From Eledone cirrhosa (lineage: Eukaryota): a DNA stretch of 64,000 nucleotides. Under the pieces are notes generated by a model. That model searched no databases. It saw only the letters and a program-made list of their open reading frames with translations, and was not told the DNA's origin. The stretch covers positions 349,618,001 to 349,682,000 of the forward strand of contig OZ024743.1 of assembly GCA_964016885.1 (NCBI GenBank), given 5' to 3'. A program made the position numbers and the translations under genes. Shown in pieces: positions 25,850 to 39,175 of this stretch (its first letter is position 1; each line of letters begins with the position of its first letter).

Positions 25850-27978
25850 ATATGCCCGACGTTTCCCACACAGTTTTCCTCTACTAAATTACACAATTGA
25901 TTTGTTAATGTCCACATCCTACTTTCTATATCTCGACTTCTATCTCTATCAGTGAGTTTCTTTTACTACTTATATCTCAGTACTCCTCCCCTTATTTATG
26001 CTTCTCCTTTCTTAGTCTTCAATTATATAACATTAGTCTATAATCAGATATATTTAGGTTAAACAATTTCTGAACACCGACACATCAGCAATCTGATTAA
26101 CAGATTTGACGTCGGTAATTTAGAATATCGATCTATAAATACTATAAGGTTCATCTAAAAATACTATAGCGTTTCATCTATTAATAAGGTAAGGATTAAT
26201 CCATCAACATAAGACTGTTCGATATATCACGACTGTCAGTTTCTATAAACAGCCACACTCTACTGTTCAATATTTCAATAAAATAAGGCTTGATAAATCA
26301 ATAAAATGCGGTACGATTTATCAATACCTGAACCTTATACACACTCTTACTAATTTCGGTAATTACTTCGATATATGTAAAATCAAAGTATTTTAAATAT
26401 TTGTTGTTCGGCCCAAACTGGATCACTACTACATGTTCCTGTAACACTGTTAACGACAGTTAGTTAAATTATATCACTTTCAAAATAACTTCTCTTGTGG
26501 GTGTCATTTCTGCGTCACTCCAGCTAATTTGTAATATTTTCTTTATTGCGTCACTCCAGCTAATTTGTCTTTATTTTCTTTATATGCCGATCTCTAGGAC
26601 GGTAAGTGGGAGAAACAAATATTCATCAAATCGTATCTAAGATACAAATATATGAAGGTTTGGTTGCTACTTTATGTCAGTTTGAATGACCGCATAGCGA
26701 GATTGAATGACTAAGAGTATCGGACGTTTATGTAATGGCTGACATTTCTAAGGCAGTCCTAAGAAGAAGTTTAATAATAATTATTATAAATCTAGTTGAG
26801 TTTATTTTACAATTCTTTCGAAACTCGTAAGAAATATTTAGATAGGATTTTGAGAACTTTGGTTTCAGTGTTGTTAGTACCTGGTTAACTAAGAGTAGAT
26901 GTTTGCTGCATAAAAAACATAAAAACCAAAAGAAAACTGGTGTGACTTGCACTTAAGATGACTACTTTTAAACTAAATGCGCATGAATTAGTTGATTTGC
27001 ACAACTGTTTTTATAAGAGTTAATAATTTGTTTTATGCTTCTCAATATTTACTATACAGGTAGGCGGTTGAAAAATTGCTCCTTTAAAAGTGGACGGTGA
27101 TACCGAAAAGTTGAAAACCCTTTTTCTGAGCACAACTATAACATTGTGTAAGTATAAGATTACTGCAGAGTGCCAAAGAAACAAATTAGTTAGTGAAAAT
27201 GTAGAAATGAATTAGTTTTCGTGAATATACCGATGTATTACATTACAATACGAACACTAGACCCTAAAAATTAGCATAATGTCACGTACTCCCCATAAAC
27301 GTTTGCCCTTATCTTCTGTCCAAATCTTCATTAAAACAGTGGCATAGCATTCTGATAGGTTGGGTTGGGGGTGAGCTATCGTGTGACATTGTATAATTGT
27401 CACATTAAACTGTTCTAAATGAATCAGCCCACTTAAATATTTATTGTAACGAAACTTTATAATCAGAATCTCTATAATTAACACTTTGTAATTAAACAAA
27501 CAATACAATTATAAATTAAAGTATCCTACATTATAATTCTAGGTTTATAATTGAACTATTACAATCAATACATTTTAATTAAAACTTCTATAATTAAGAT
27601 TTTATATAATCAATTAATGTGTGTTAATTAAAAAGTTGCTATAAAAACAATATTAATTCCCCTCATATAATTTAAATTCGCGATGAATACATTATGAGTT
27701 ATGTAATACAAAGGTGTGCTACGACGCTTCCTTTTATTCCATTAATAGCAACAATTATTTAACTTCACTTTTGTAGTTAATATCATTTATTGACAAGGAC
27801 AATAACGAGTTATTTGCAGCAATCTATTGTGAATTTTATAATTTCCAACACACACACACACACATACCCCCCCCCCCCCCCCGCACACACACACACATAT
27901 ATATATATATATAAGCCCGTTATTGCTCCAACGCGTCTATTCATCAATAACTTCACTTAATATACATGCATGCACATA

Positions 27979-28040
<62 letters not shown>

Positions 28041-28212
28041 TTGTTTCTACTTTTGGCAAAAGGCCAGCAATTATTCCAGTGCATTACTGGTACTTTATTT
28101 TATCGATCCCGTAAGGATGAAAGGCAAATTTAACCTCGGCGGGATTTGAACTCAGAATGGCAAGGGCCGTAACTCTATACGTCAAAGCATGGCACCCGAC
28201 CCTCTACCGATA
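28041..28212 (-). mobile_element. tRNA-derived SINE
   Basis: Family match. Confidence 0.85.
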
Positions 28213-28589
28213 CGGTATAATGATATATGTATGTTTATAATATGCAAACAAGCAAGTAGGACCGCCAAACACACAAATCCGAACACACCCAGAACAAAAC
28301 CAGGCTATCATCGAATGCCCTATGTGCAAATAAGGAACTCGTAAAACAAAACTACACAGCATCTAGTGGATAAGACCATCAGATTTCAAACTCGTAAAAA
28401 TTACGTTCGTAGAAACAAAGCCAATCATGAACTAAATTTCTATATTAGATGTAAGACATCCACCCTAATCCGTCTCTCAGACATCATCGATATCTCCCAA
28501 CACCTACCAGGTAAGGTAGGTGTGGGAGCACCGAAGGACGAAAGAAGTCAAAGCTGCGATTAGAATTGTAGAATAGACACCGTAACTTG

Positions 28590-28960
28590 AAGACGACTCT
28601 CCCGTTATTTTATGTTCACCGTCTTCTTCCGTCCTTCTATCTGTTCTGTTTGTTTCATGACACACACATCAGACCAGCAGAAATATTTATTTCTTCTGTT
28701 GCGCGATCCAGCGTTTTAAAATCGTGCGAAAACATTTTGTTGGTTTGATAGCTGATGAAGGTGAAGATGTGTATGTGAACTTGTCTTCTACATCGTTTTC
28801 CTTTGTTTTCTTTTTCTAGTCCCCATGCGCCAACACACTTCATCTTGTCCCCCTTCTCATCCAATCTATTTCTTCTGCCTGTCACCTACCTCGAGGATTG
28901 TTACTCTGCCGATCGCTGGCCTCCAGTTTCTGTCCTCTGAGGCATATTCCCTATCGGTAT
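28590..28960 (-). pseudogene. RTE-type LINE 3' end fragment
   Basis: Homologous to 61575-61830; minus strand resembles a decayed RTE C-terminal Cys/His region. Confidence 0.45.
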
Positions 28961-29076
28961 TATTGAAACAGTTTGGTTGATTTATCAGCTGTTCTAGCAA
29001 TGAGCTTTCTAACCTTTCTATGAATTCAAATATACTCTCGCTTCATCTTGATCAGAGACAACAAAGTTAATTAATG

Positions 29077-29203
<127 letters not shown>

Positions 29204-29229
29204 ATGTGTGTATACATACATATATGTAC

Positions 29230-29293
<64 letters not shown>

Positions 29294-29622
29294 GAGTTAG
29301 GCTTCCTTTAATGACATTGCCAGAAGATACATGTATTAAGATATGGAAAGTGGCAGATATATCATAGGCTTGACAACCGATCAAATTCGACATGAAACCT
29401 TTTATAAAGCTAACAACAGCAACACATTTTCGGCTAATTCACTCAAATGAACAAGGTCCTGCCATTTCGTTGACAATTCATTTTCTTTATTTCAAACTGA
29501 CACTCAATTGGATATAAGCAGCTTCCTCCTATCAAGAGTGTTTGTATGCTTGAATCTGGTCTGCATATCTTATTTTTCAACCTCTTCCCCTTTAACTCTC
29601 TAACTCTCTCCCTCTCTGTACA

Positions 29623-29775
<153 letters not shown>

Positions 29776-29830
29776 ATGTGCGTGTGCATGTGCGTGTGTG
29801 TGTGTGTATCTATTTATACATATTTATATA

Positions 29831-29906
<76 letters not shown>

Positions 29907-30028
29907 GTAGGAGGTGAGTTTTATTGTAGTTCAATAAAGCAATGCAGATATCGGATAAGAAGCACTCTACAGTTTGTAGGACTGGAGTATACATAATATA
30001 AGATCAAAAGATGGTTAAAGGAGTTCTA

Positions 30029-30101
30029 TGTATTTTATTATGCGCATTTCAAAAACAAACATCATCATGCAATAATATTTGTGTTTTCATCAGATAAAAC
30101 A
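30029..30101 (-). ncRNA. Hammerhead ribozyme, left pLTR
   Basis: Reverse complement of 33901-33973. Confidence 0.8.
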
Positions 30102-31039
30102 GGAGGACATGATATGAAGGCTAAAAAACACTTGTGGATAGTGCAGTTTTAAATCAACATATGAAAAGTAGTTTTAGGTTGATGTGTGATATTGGGAAAA
30201 ATATTTCATTTAGAGAGGGGGGGTGGAAAGGATGAAAAAATGGAGGAGATGAGAGTGAAGGTGGAGAGGGAGAGATGGGTGATAGAGAGAAAGAGATAGT
30301 TTTTATAACTGAGAGAAGATATATTGTTTTACATAGAGAGGTTGAAAACCGTTGGAAGATAATGTATAAATTAAAAGAATTTGAAAATTAACGAAGGGAA
30401 AAATATGTACGAGGAAAAAATATTTTATTTAGAGAGGGGTGGTGGAAAGGATGAAAAAAGGGGAGGAGATGAGAGTGAAGGTGGAGAGGGAGAGATGGGC
30501 GATAGAGAGAAAGAGATAGTTTTTATAACTGAGAAAAGATATATTGTTTTACATAGAGAGGTTGAAAACCGTTGGAAGATAATGTATAAATTAAAAGAAT
30601 TTGAAAATTAACGAAGGGAAAAATATGTCCGAGGAAAGAGTTGATATGTATTGAGATTAAAAAGTTTGAAGATAGGGAGAAAAAATAATAATTGCGGATG
30701 AATATTCTAACGTCAAAAAAAAGGTGTATGTTTATAAGTATTATGGCAATTTCAAAATTAACGAAGAGAAAAAAATTATTAAGGTTTGTGTGTTGAAGGA
30801 TTTGAGAAAAATAATATGAAGTTAAGGTTTGTATATTGAAGGAATTGATAATATGTGCGAAGAAAGAGTTAATATGTATTAAGAATGAGTTAGATGATGG
30901 GGAGAAAAAAATAATAAATTAAGGATGAATATTCTAGCGTCAAAAGAAGGAGAGGGAGTTAATGTATTGAGATTAAAAAGTTTTATGATGGAGAGAAAAA
31001 ATAATAATAATTGCGGATGAATATTCTAACGTCAAAAAA

Positions 31040-32887
31040 CTCCGAGGATAAATCTCAAGGATCACAAAAACAATTTTCGCACTGAACTACCTGTTAGATT
31101 AATCGCCCCCTCTAAATCTGATCTGGGGGTTGTTAGTAAAGCCATCTTGGATAGAATTATCCCACAGGTTAGTTCTAATTGCTCTTCTTTGAACCTAAAT
31201 TTATGGTTTGGTACTTCTGAAGTGATTGGCTGGTTCAACAAATTGGATAATAAAAACAAACTAAAATTTATTCAATTTGATATTGCCAGCTACTATTCCT
31301 CCATTTCGCCTTCACTTCTCAATAATGCTCTATATTTCGCACTTAAATATTCTGACATCACCACAGATGAACTTCACATCATCCTCACCGCACGTAAAAC
31401 CATCCTAGAGTTCAACAACGAATATTAGACCAGAGCCGATACCTCTAACAACATCGACATCACAATGGGAGCATCCGATTCATCCCAATTAACTGATTTA
31501 ATTGGTATCTTTATTTTGAACACTTTGAGTCGGAAAATTCCTCAACTTCGCGGTGGAATTTATCGTGACGATGGACTCTTTACTATCTCAAATTGCAATA
31601 TAGTTAACCTTAATATTATTAAGAACAATATACGTAATCTCTTTAACCAACATAACCTAAAAATTGAATTTGATAATAGTATCAAACTAGCTAATTTCTT
31701 GGATGTATCTCTTAATCTTGACACTGGCCTATATTACCCTTACCATAAAAACAATGAGAACCTAAATTATGTTAACTTTAAATCTAACCATCCTACCAAT
31801 ATCAAGAATGCTATAGTTAGTAATATTGGAAAAAGAATATCTAACATATCTTCTAATAAAAACATCTTTGATGCTAACGCCAATTACTATAATAACGCAC
31901 TTTCTAAAGCCGGTTATCCTGATAAAATCAAATATAGTAAAGAAACAAATTCTAGAAAAACTTACAGTAGAATAATTAATCATGATCATTCCAATAACTT
32001 TAATAAAAGACCTAGATACAAAAACATAATCTGCTCCTTTCTCCATCTCTATTAATAACAATATTCCTAAATTATTTTATAGTGCCTTAAATAAATGCTT
32101 CCCTCCCTCACATATCTATAGTAAAATATTTAACAAACACACCATCAAATTTTCTTATTCTACATCCTCCAATATTTCCAACATTATCTCTAAACACAAC
32201 AATAAAATACTAAATACTAAATCTCTTCCTTCCAACATTGAATTTCATAATAACAGTAATAGTACTCCCGACGTCATTGTAAACCCTAGGCTAACTTCTG
32301 TAAACCCAAATACAACGTCAAACACAACTTCACTAAATGTTCATAATCCAACTCTAAATCAAGAAACTATTATTCCTATTATTCCTATCGCAAACAACTT
32401 CTCCAATCCAATTCCTTCTATAGATAACACTAGGTCACTCATTAATAATCTCTCTAATTGCAACTGCCGCATTAAAAATAAATGTCCTCTCAACAACCAT
32501 TGTCTTGATAAAAACTTAATTTATGAATGTAAAGTTATAACTAGCACCAATTCCTTCACCTATTTTGGCTCCACTTCCACCTCTTTTAAAGCTCGTCTCT
32601 ATAATCATCATTCATCTTTTAAATACAAACTTAAAAGAACCAACACGGCTCTCTCAGAACTCATATGGTCCTTGAAAGACAAAAACATTAAATATACCAT
32701 CTTTTGGAAGAAGGTTTCTTCTGCGTCCTCATACTTGAACAGCTCTCTATCTAAAATCTGTAATCTCTGCCTAAATGAAAAATTTACCATTATCTCTAAT
32801 CTAGATTCTATAATAAATAGACGTACAGATTTGTTTTCTATCTGCTTGCATAAATTCCATAGGACTTTTCACAAAGTATACAGCTAA
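31040..32887 (+). pseudogene. PLE reverse transcriptase plus GIY-YIG endonuclease (stop at 31426, frameshift near 32040)
   Basis: KDHKNNF..RLIAPSKS, FDIASYYSSI, MGASDS, IYRDDGL, FLDVSL, SNHP, then CNCR..CPL..CL..LIY...YFGST..FKARLYNH, CNLCLNEK, NRR...CLH. Confidence 0.92.
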
Positions 32888-33900
32888 TATTCAATTCTTT
32901 ATCAATTTAGAATCTTTTCTCAAAGGCACATATACATACACCTCTTTAAAATATACCCATCTTCCTACCTTACTTCAAAGGGCATTATACACTCTACAAT
33001 ACTTGTTTACTCATTACCCTCATTCTATCTTCACCTTGTAAAATCCTTCATAACATATACATTTGTTTTTTTTGACGTTAGAATATTCATCCGCAATTAT
33101 TATTATTTTTTCTCTCCATCATCAAACTTTTTAATCTCAATACATTAACTCCCTCTCCTTCTTTTGACGCTAGAATATTCATCCTTAATTTATTATTTTT
33201 TTCTCCCCATCATCTAACTCATTCTTAATACATATTAACTCTTTCTTCGCACATATTATCAATTCCTTCAATATACAAACCTTAACTTCACATTATTTTT
33301 CTCAAATCCTCCAATACACAAACCTTAATAACTTTTTAATACATATTAACTCTTTATTCGCACATATTATCAATTCCTTCAATATACAAACCTTAACTTC
33401 ACATTATTTTTCTCAAATCCTTCAACACACAAACCTTAATAATTTTTTTCTCTTCGTTAATTTTGAAATTGCCATAATACTTATAAACATACACCTTTTT
33501 TTTGACGTTAGAATATTCATCCGCAATTATTATTTTTTCTCTCTATCTTCAAACTTTTTAATCTCAATACATATCAACTCCCTCTCTTTCCTCGTACATA
33601 TTTTCCCTTCGTTAATTTTCAAATTCTTTTAATTTATACATTATCTTCCAACGGTTTTCAACCTCTCTATGTAAAACAATATATCTTCTCTCAGTTATAA
33701 AAACTATCTCTTTCTCTCTATCACCCATCTCTCCCTCTCCACCTTCACTCTCATCTCCTCCCTTTTTTCATCCTCCCTCCCCCCCTCTCTAAATAAAATA
33801 TTTTTCCCAATATCAAACATCAATCTAAAAGTACTTTTCATATGTTGATTTAAAACTGCACTATCCACAAGTGTTTTTTAGCCTTCATATCATGTCCTCC

Positions 33901-33973
33901 TGTTTTATCTGATGAAAACACAAATATTATTGCATGATGATGTTTGTTTTTGAAATGCGCATAATAAAATACA
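33901..33973 (+). ncRNA. Hammerhead ribozyme, right pLTR
   Basis: ttttat CTGATGA aaacacaaatattat-tgc-atgatgatgtttgttttt GAAA tgcgca TA ataaaa; palindromic stem III. Confidence 0.8.
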
Positions 33974-34001
33974 TGGAACTCCTTTAACCATCTTTTGATC
34001 T

Positions 34002-34032
<31 letters not shown>

Positions 34033-37000
34033 CTAGACCACCCGTGACCCGTTGGGTCATGTTCACTTAAAAATAATTTTTAAATAATTAAATTATACAC
34101 AAAATGTATATAATGTAAAATGAAATTGGAAAGCCAATATATATATGTGTATGTATGTGTGTATATGTACGTGTATATATATATATGGGGGGGGGGCGGT
34201 CTGTGGCCTATATACACTGGTTACAGACACACACACATACATCCTGTCCTAACACAAGTTATAAGATACATATAACTTAATATTCAGTCGCCAAATTCAA
34301 GCTAGATACAGTAATGCTGTATTCGATTCTTTGAAGTCACCTGTCATAATTTCATTCAACAACACCACCAGCTCTCTCCCCCTCTCTCTCTCATAACCAT
34401 TATCTGCATTTGTATTCACATTTTAATGGTACCTTACTTTCAAAATATTTTCCCATTATACGCTGATTTGGTTACTTATAAAGGTACCCGAAAAAACCCG
34501 CGTATCTCGGGAACCTGTGGTCCGATTTACGTGAAACTTGTCTTTTTACTGTATTATTCACAAGTATTTTCGCAAAGAAAATATCAAATCATTTTTCACT
34601 AATAGATATCCAATCACTCCACTTCAAAATTATTTTTTCTATATCTCTATGGATGCTTGACTGTTTGTTCTGAAATATTTTTCTGCTTAAAAAGTTCCAA
34701 TGTTAATGAAAAGCTGGTTTTATTTACAAAAATTTGAAAGGAATTATTCTTACTTGTCTTAGTTTTTCCTTTTCCCTTCTTTTTCTGACGTCGGAATCAA
34801 CATTTTCTCATATTTACGTTGTTACAGTTTGTTCAAAAGAATGCTTTTGATGACAACATTCTTAGGTGACTGGGTATCCTTCAGAAACACTCTGACATTT
34901 TCTTTTCGTTTTCCGCGGCTAAGGGCTACATACAGTTGACCGTGTTGGAATACAGTTCGTTCCAGATAAACCAAGATGTTTTCCATAGTTTGTCCTTGTG
35001 CTTTATGAATAGTCATAGTGAAGCATGATTGAACAGGCAATAGGCTTCGCTGCAAAGGGATATCCTCACCTTCGGATAGATTTATTCTTATTCTAGGTAT
35101 CATAACGATCTCATTTCTGAAAGCAGCAGTGTTGATTCTTGCTACTATGAGATTGTCGTGCAGTTCTTCCACGATCATGCGCGTTCCATTACAAAGCCTT
35201 GGAGGATTCAAGTTTCTGATAAGAATTATTGGCGATTTTATTTTCAATTCCAGGTTATGTGGTGGCAGTCCTCATAGTTCAACCGAATCAAGGAATTCAG
35301 TCGGGAAATGAGTGGCATTGGCACCATCACTCACAGAATTATTGGATCGGTACTCTTTTATGGTTCCAGGGAAGCGTCTGATACAGGTGGAATTGATGCT
35401 TATCATCATTTCATTGAGAGGTACTAAGATGCAATTGTTCGAAAACACTTAAGCTGGATTGTCGAATGAGGGGTAGATGAAATCAATACATTCTTCCATA
35501 GTTGTTGCTTGGAGAACCATTTCTTTTGGCAAAATAATTTCCTCATTTTCAGTTTTTTTTATCTTATCTTCTCCAATATCCAATAGGAACTGTAAATAGT
35601 CTGCTGCTCCCCCACCCAATCGCATGTTTGTCTTCAACTGAAATATTTTGAAGCTTCGCCATAAGTAGCATTTTTTAATGCAGGTGTTTTCCACGTCCGC
35701 TTCATTTCCCCTTTTCAATCCCGGAAGAAGCTGACGGAAATCGCCAAGGCAAATTGTCAAAATTCCACCGAATGCCTCATTGTTGTCGCATATGTCACGC
35801 AAAGTGAGGTCAACAGCTTCGAAGCTTTCCCTCCGAATCATAGGACACTCATCCCAAACAATCAACCTTGTATGCTGGAAGAGGTTTGCCGTCTTTGTGT
35901 TTTTATCAATGGTGCACAGACCATTTTCTTTCACTACTATCGGTATTTTGAACCTAGAATGCGCTGTTCTTCCACCAAGCATCAGTGTTGCGGCAATGTC
36001 AGATGACGCAACAGCCACGTCAGCATTTCCCCTGACTTTTGAAAGAATTAAGTTAATCAGGAATGTCTTTCCTGTTCCACCTGGAGTGTTTTTGTTCACT
36101 ATTCAATAGAGACTCCGTCTCTTTTGCAAATCGTCGCTGCTCTTCTCTGCTGTATTGCAATTCATGCAATAACTCCAAATTGCCAATATCCTGATTAGCA
36201 ACAATATTATTTGGCCTTGGTAAGTTAAAATCACAAAGACTTTTGCCCAGGTCGTTAAGTTTGTCTTCAAAATACAGAATACTTTGATCATAATGTCTCT
36301 CGCTAATCAAAAGGTTAGAGTTTCTGGTAGCCCTTTTTTCTATTTGAAGGTAATCCTCAGACAGCGAATGCTTAAATCGAACCCATAAAGCACTGGAATT
36401 GTCAATTTCCGTATTTGTGAGTAGCACGATGAATAGATCTCTCACGGCTTTGGGAAGCCTTGTTCGCTCAGCATCTTCCAGAGTCTGCTGCCAATGATCA
36501 TCCGATTGAAGCAAACCTTTCTCTCTGCAGACGTCTTTGAATAATGGCAGGAGTTCTCCATCACACATTTTCAAAGAGTTGAAGGATACTGGCCCTTTGA
36601 CGTGATGCAGAAGGAGTCTTAAATAATACAGGTCACTACTTCGTGGAGAAACAGTGTATACTCGTCCCAAAACGTTCGCCTCAAAAATCAATGGATACTG
36701 CTCAAGTGTTTTCCCCACCTTTCTCCTTTCCCATCTTTTATTACTCCAAGTGTAAAACTTTAGCACAACCGCATAATACAATGTTTTTGCAAACGGATCG
36801 CGATCGCAAAGATCCATGAATCGTCTTAGCCATGTTATTGTTTACCTTAACAGCAGCATTGACCCGAAAGAAGATTTGATTTTCCTCAGGTAGATGAACT
36901 TGAAGGCGAACTACGGCCGGTTCTCTCTCATGAATTGGAAATCCAAATACCAAGGCAACAGCTTCTGAAGGACCGATATATCTTCCTGTTAAATACTGTA

Positions 37001-38468
37001 TTATCTCATCTTCCCTGTTCACTCTAAACATTGCCTGATCACTGCCCTTCATGGTACATTTGATAACGTATTTGATCGATTTCACGGAAGAGCACATCTC
37101 TACGTTTAGGTGGCAGTTGAACAGTTTTAATAGTTTCATATTGTAGGGAACCACCCATTCCGAAGTTATATTTCGGCTTCCCCTTCCTTCTTGGTGCCCC
37201 TCAAATCCTCCCATTCCTGGAGACCGTCTTCTGTACACAGGATAAGAGTCCTCTCCACACAATGTATATTCATTGAAAGGCTTAGGGTACCGCTTACTGC
37301 ACGTTCCATCTTTCCAACACGGAGAATTGTTAGAGCATTTCGGACCGTGGATCATGTGCTTCAGCACCAATTCATGACCCTCTGGATCTTTGTTTGAATC
37401 TGGTATTTCGGCTTGAACAAATTTATCATATTCCTGTGGTCTGGGCTTGGAGGCTTCATTGAGCCATAGCAAACAGTGCACATGAGGAAGACCTCGCTTT
37501 TGATATTCGACTGTCATCACGTAAGCTATGCACTTGCCTAATAGGCCATCAAGGTAAAAGACTTTCTTAACAGTTTCCGCTTCGGGTCAAATACTCTGGC
37601 AATTAAATATGGCCTGTCATATGTCTTCTGATTCAGCAATAGGTTTTGCGGGATTTCAGGCCAGTTTGGATTGCATCTCATTGTGATGAAGAACGAAGGA
37701 TTGCCGTACTTCCGTATGTACATCATGGCATCCTGGCATCGCGCCATCATATATCTCGGACCACCGACAAATGTTGAAGAGAGTATGATTCGCCTGCCAA
37801 TATTGCGAAAATCGTCATCATCATTCAATGCGTCATCCAATGCTATATTCAACGCATCATTCAATGCGTCAGTAAGGCCCTTGTATGTTGTAGATCGCAA
37901 TGATGTTTGATTCATGTATTGCAGTCTATCTCCTTCAATCTTCGTAGCCATGTCAACCAAATATTGCTGAAATAAACAACCGCCTCTGAGAAATTGGTTG
38001 AATTCATTCTGATGGTTCATTATTCGATAGTAGCGCATTGGCGTCAACTTCTTGTTGTTGCTCATTAACAGCTCATGATGCCATCCGTCATCGCCAAAAG
38101 GAAAAGATAGAACATACTGCAAACTGTCATAGGACCGATGGGACTCTGAGATTATTTGCAATTGTCCGCCTTTTTCTTTCAACACAATGTGCCGTGCTTT
38201 TGCTTGAAGTTCGGTGCTGTTTTGTATAATAACGGCAACTTCGTTTGCAGTTTGTGCATTGAATCTTCTCTCATGTTCCATTGCTGGTTTCCTATCAGGA
38301 TCAATAATAATCGAAGCTTCGGGAATATTTTTAATTTGTTCTTTTGCCATTCGAAATGAAGCAACGTAAGGGTTATATTGTCTGAGTATTATTTCCAATA
38401 ATTCAACTATGTCGCGCTGAATGCCATCGTTATGGAGTATCCTGATCCTCAAATCAACACTAACATTA

Positions 38469-38597
38469 GGATCCAAGAAATAAATTTGAAGAAATTGGGG
38501 TTGTCCGTTGAGGATCCAAGAAGTAAATTTGAAGAAATTGGGGTTGTCCGTTGAGGATCCAAGAAGTAAATTTGAAGAAATTGGGGTTGTTCGTTAA
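38469..38597. repeat. 43-bp tandem repeat x3 inside the Helitron ORF (frameshifting)
   Basis: ggatccaagaa(a/g)taaatttgaagaaattgggg at 38469, 38512 and 38555. Confidence 0.9.
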
Positions 38598-38964
38598 GGA
38601 ACCGATGTAATGGTGAATTTGACAATGAATAACGATAGAAGGATTCCATCCACTCCTTGAGGAGCGAACTTCTTCGGCCCCAAAAGATGTCATTTGGAAC
38701 AGGCAGTTGTATTGTCTGAGGTTCTTCCTGAACTCGTTTGCCCTAGGTTGATCAGTACTAAATAAACTGTGAAGTTCCTGGGGTAAAGGCTGCAGATTCC
38801 CCAACCTGACTTTTTCATTCATACAGCAAAAGTTAGCTGTATCACCAGGAAAAAGCATTGCATGACAACAGACACAGATCTTATTCATCTGCCCAACATC
38901 AGCAGAGAGGCCATGTCGTTGAACTGTCCTTGCTCTATCCCTAATGGTTTGGTGGCAAAGACGT

Positions 38965-39175
38965 TCAGTTCTCCGAGCGTCCGATTCATGATCTCTACTT
39001 CTTCACTCTCTTTCCCTCTGTTCTGCCTGACGCTCAGCTCTCCGACCATCCGATTCATGATCTCTCCTTCTTCTGTCTCTTTCCCTCTGTTCCACCTGAC
39101 GCTCAGCTCTCCGACCATCCGATTCATGATCTCTCCTTCTGTCTCTTTCCCTCTGTTCCGCCAGACGCGCAGCCC
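38965..39175. repeat. ~60-63-bp tandem repeat x3 in the Helitron N-terminal region
   Basis: ccgattcatgatctct...tctctttccctctgttc repeated. Confidence 0.85.

Larger units (their letters stand above)
29999..34003 (+). mobile_element. Naiad-type Penelope-like element, 5'-truncated, with ~1-kb inverted pLTRs
   Basis: 29999-31039 is the reverse complement of ~33068-34003; RT and GIY-YIG lie between; HHR in each pLTR; flanked on the right by (TA)n. Confidence 0.92.

Noticed and set aside
32450-32887. Selenocysteine-recoding Naiad (TGA at conserved Cys)
   Set aside because: All Cys positions in the endonuclease region use TGT/TGC, and the in-frame stop at 31426 is TAG.
29999-34003. 1-kb inverted repeats as DNA-transposon TIRs
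   Set aside because: They flank an RT/GIY-YIG ORF and contain HHRs, so they are inverted PLE pLTRs.
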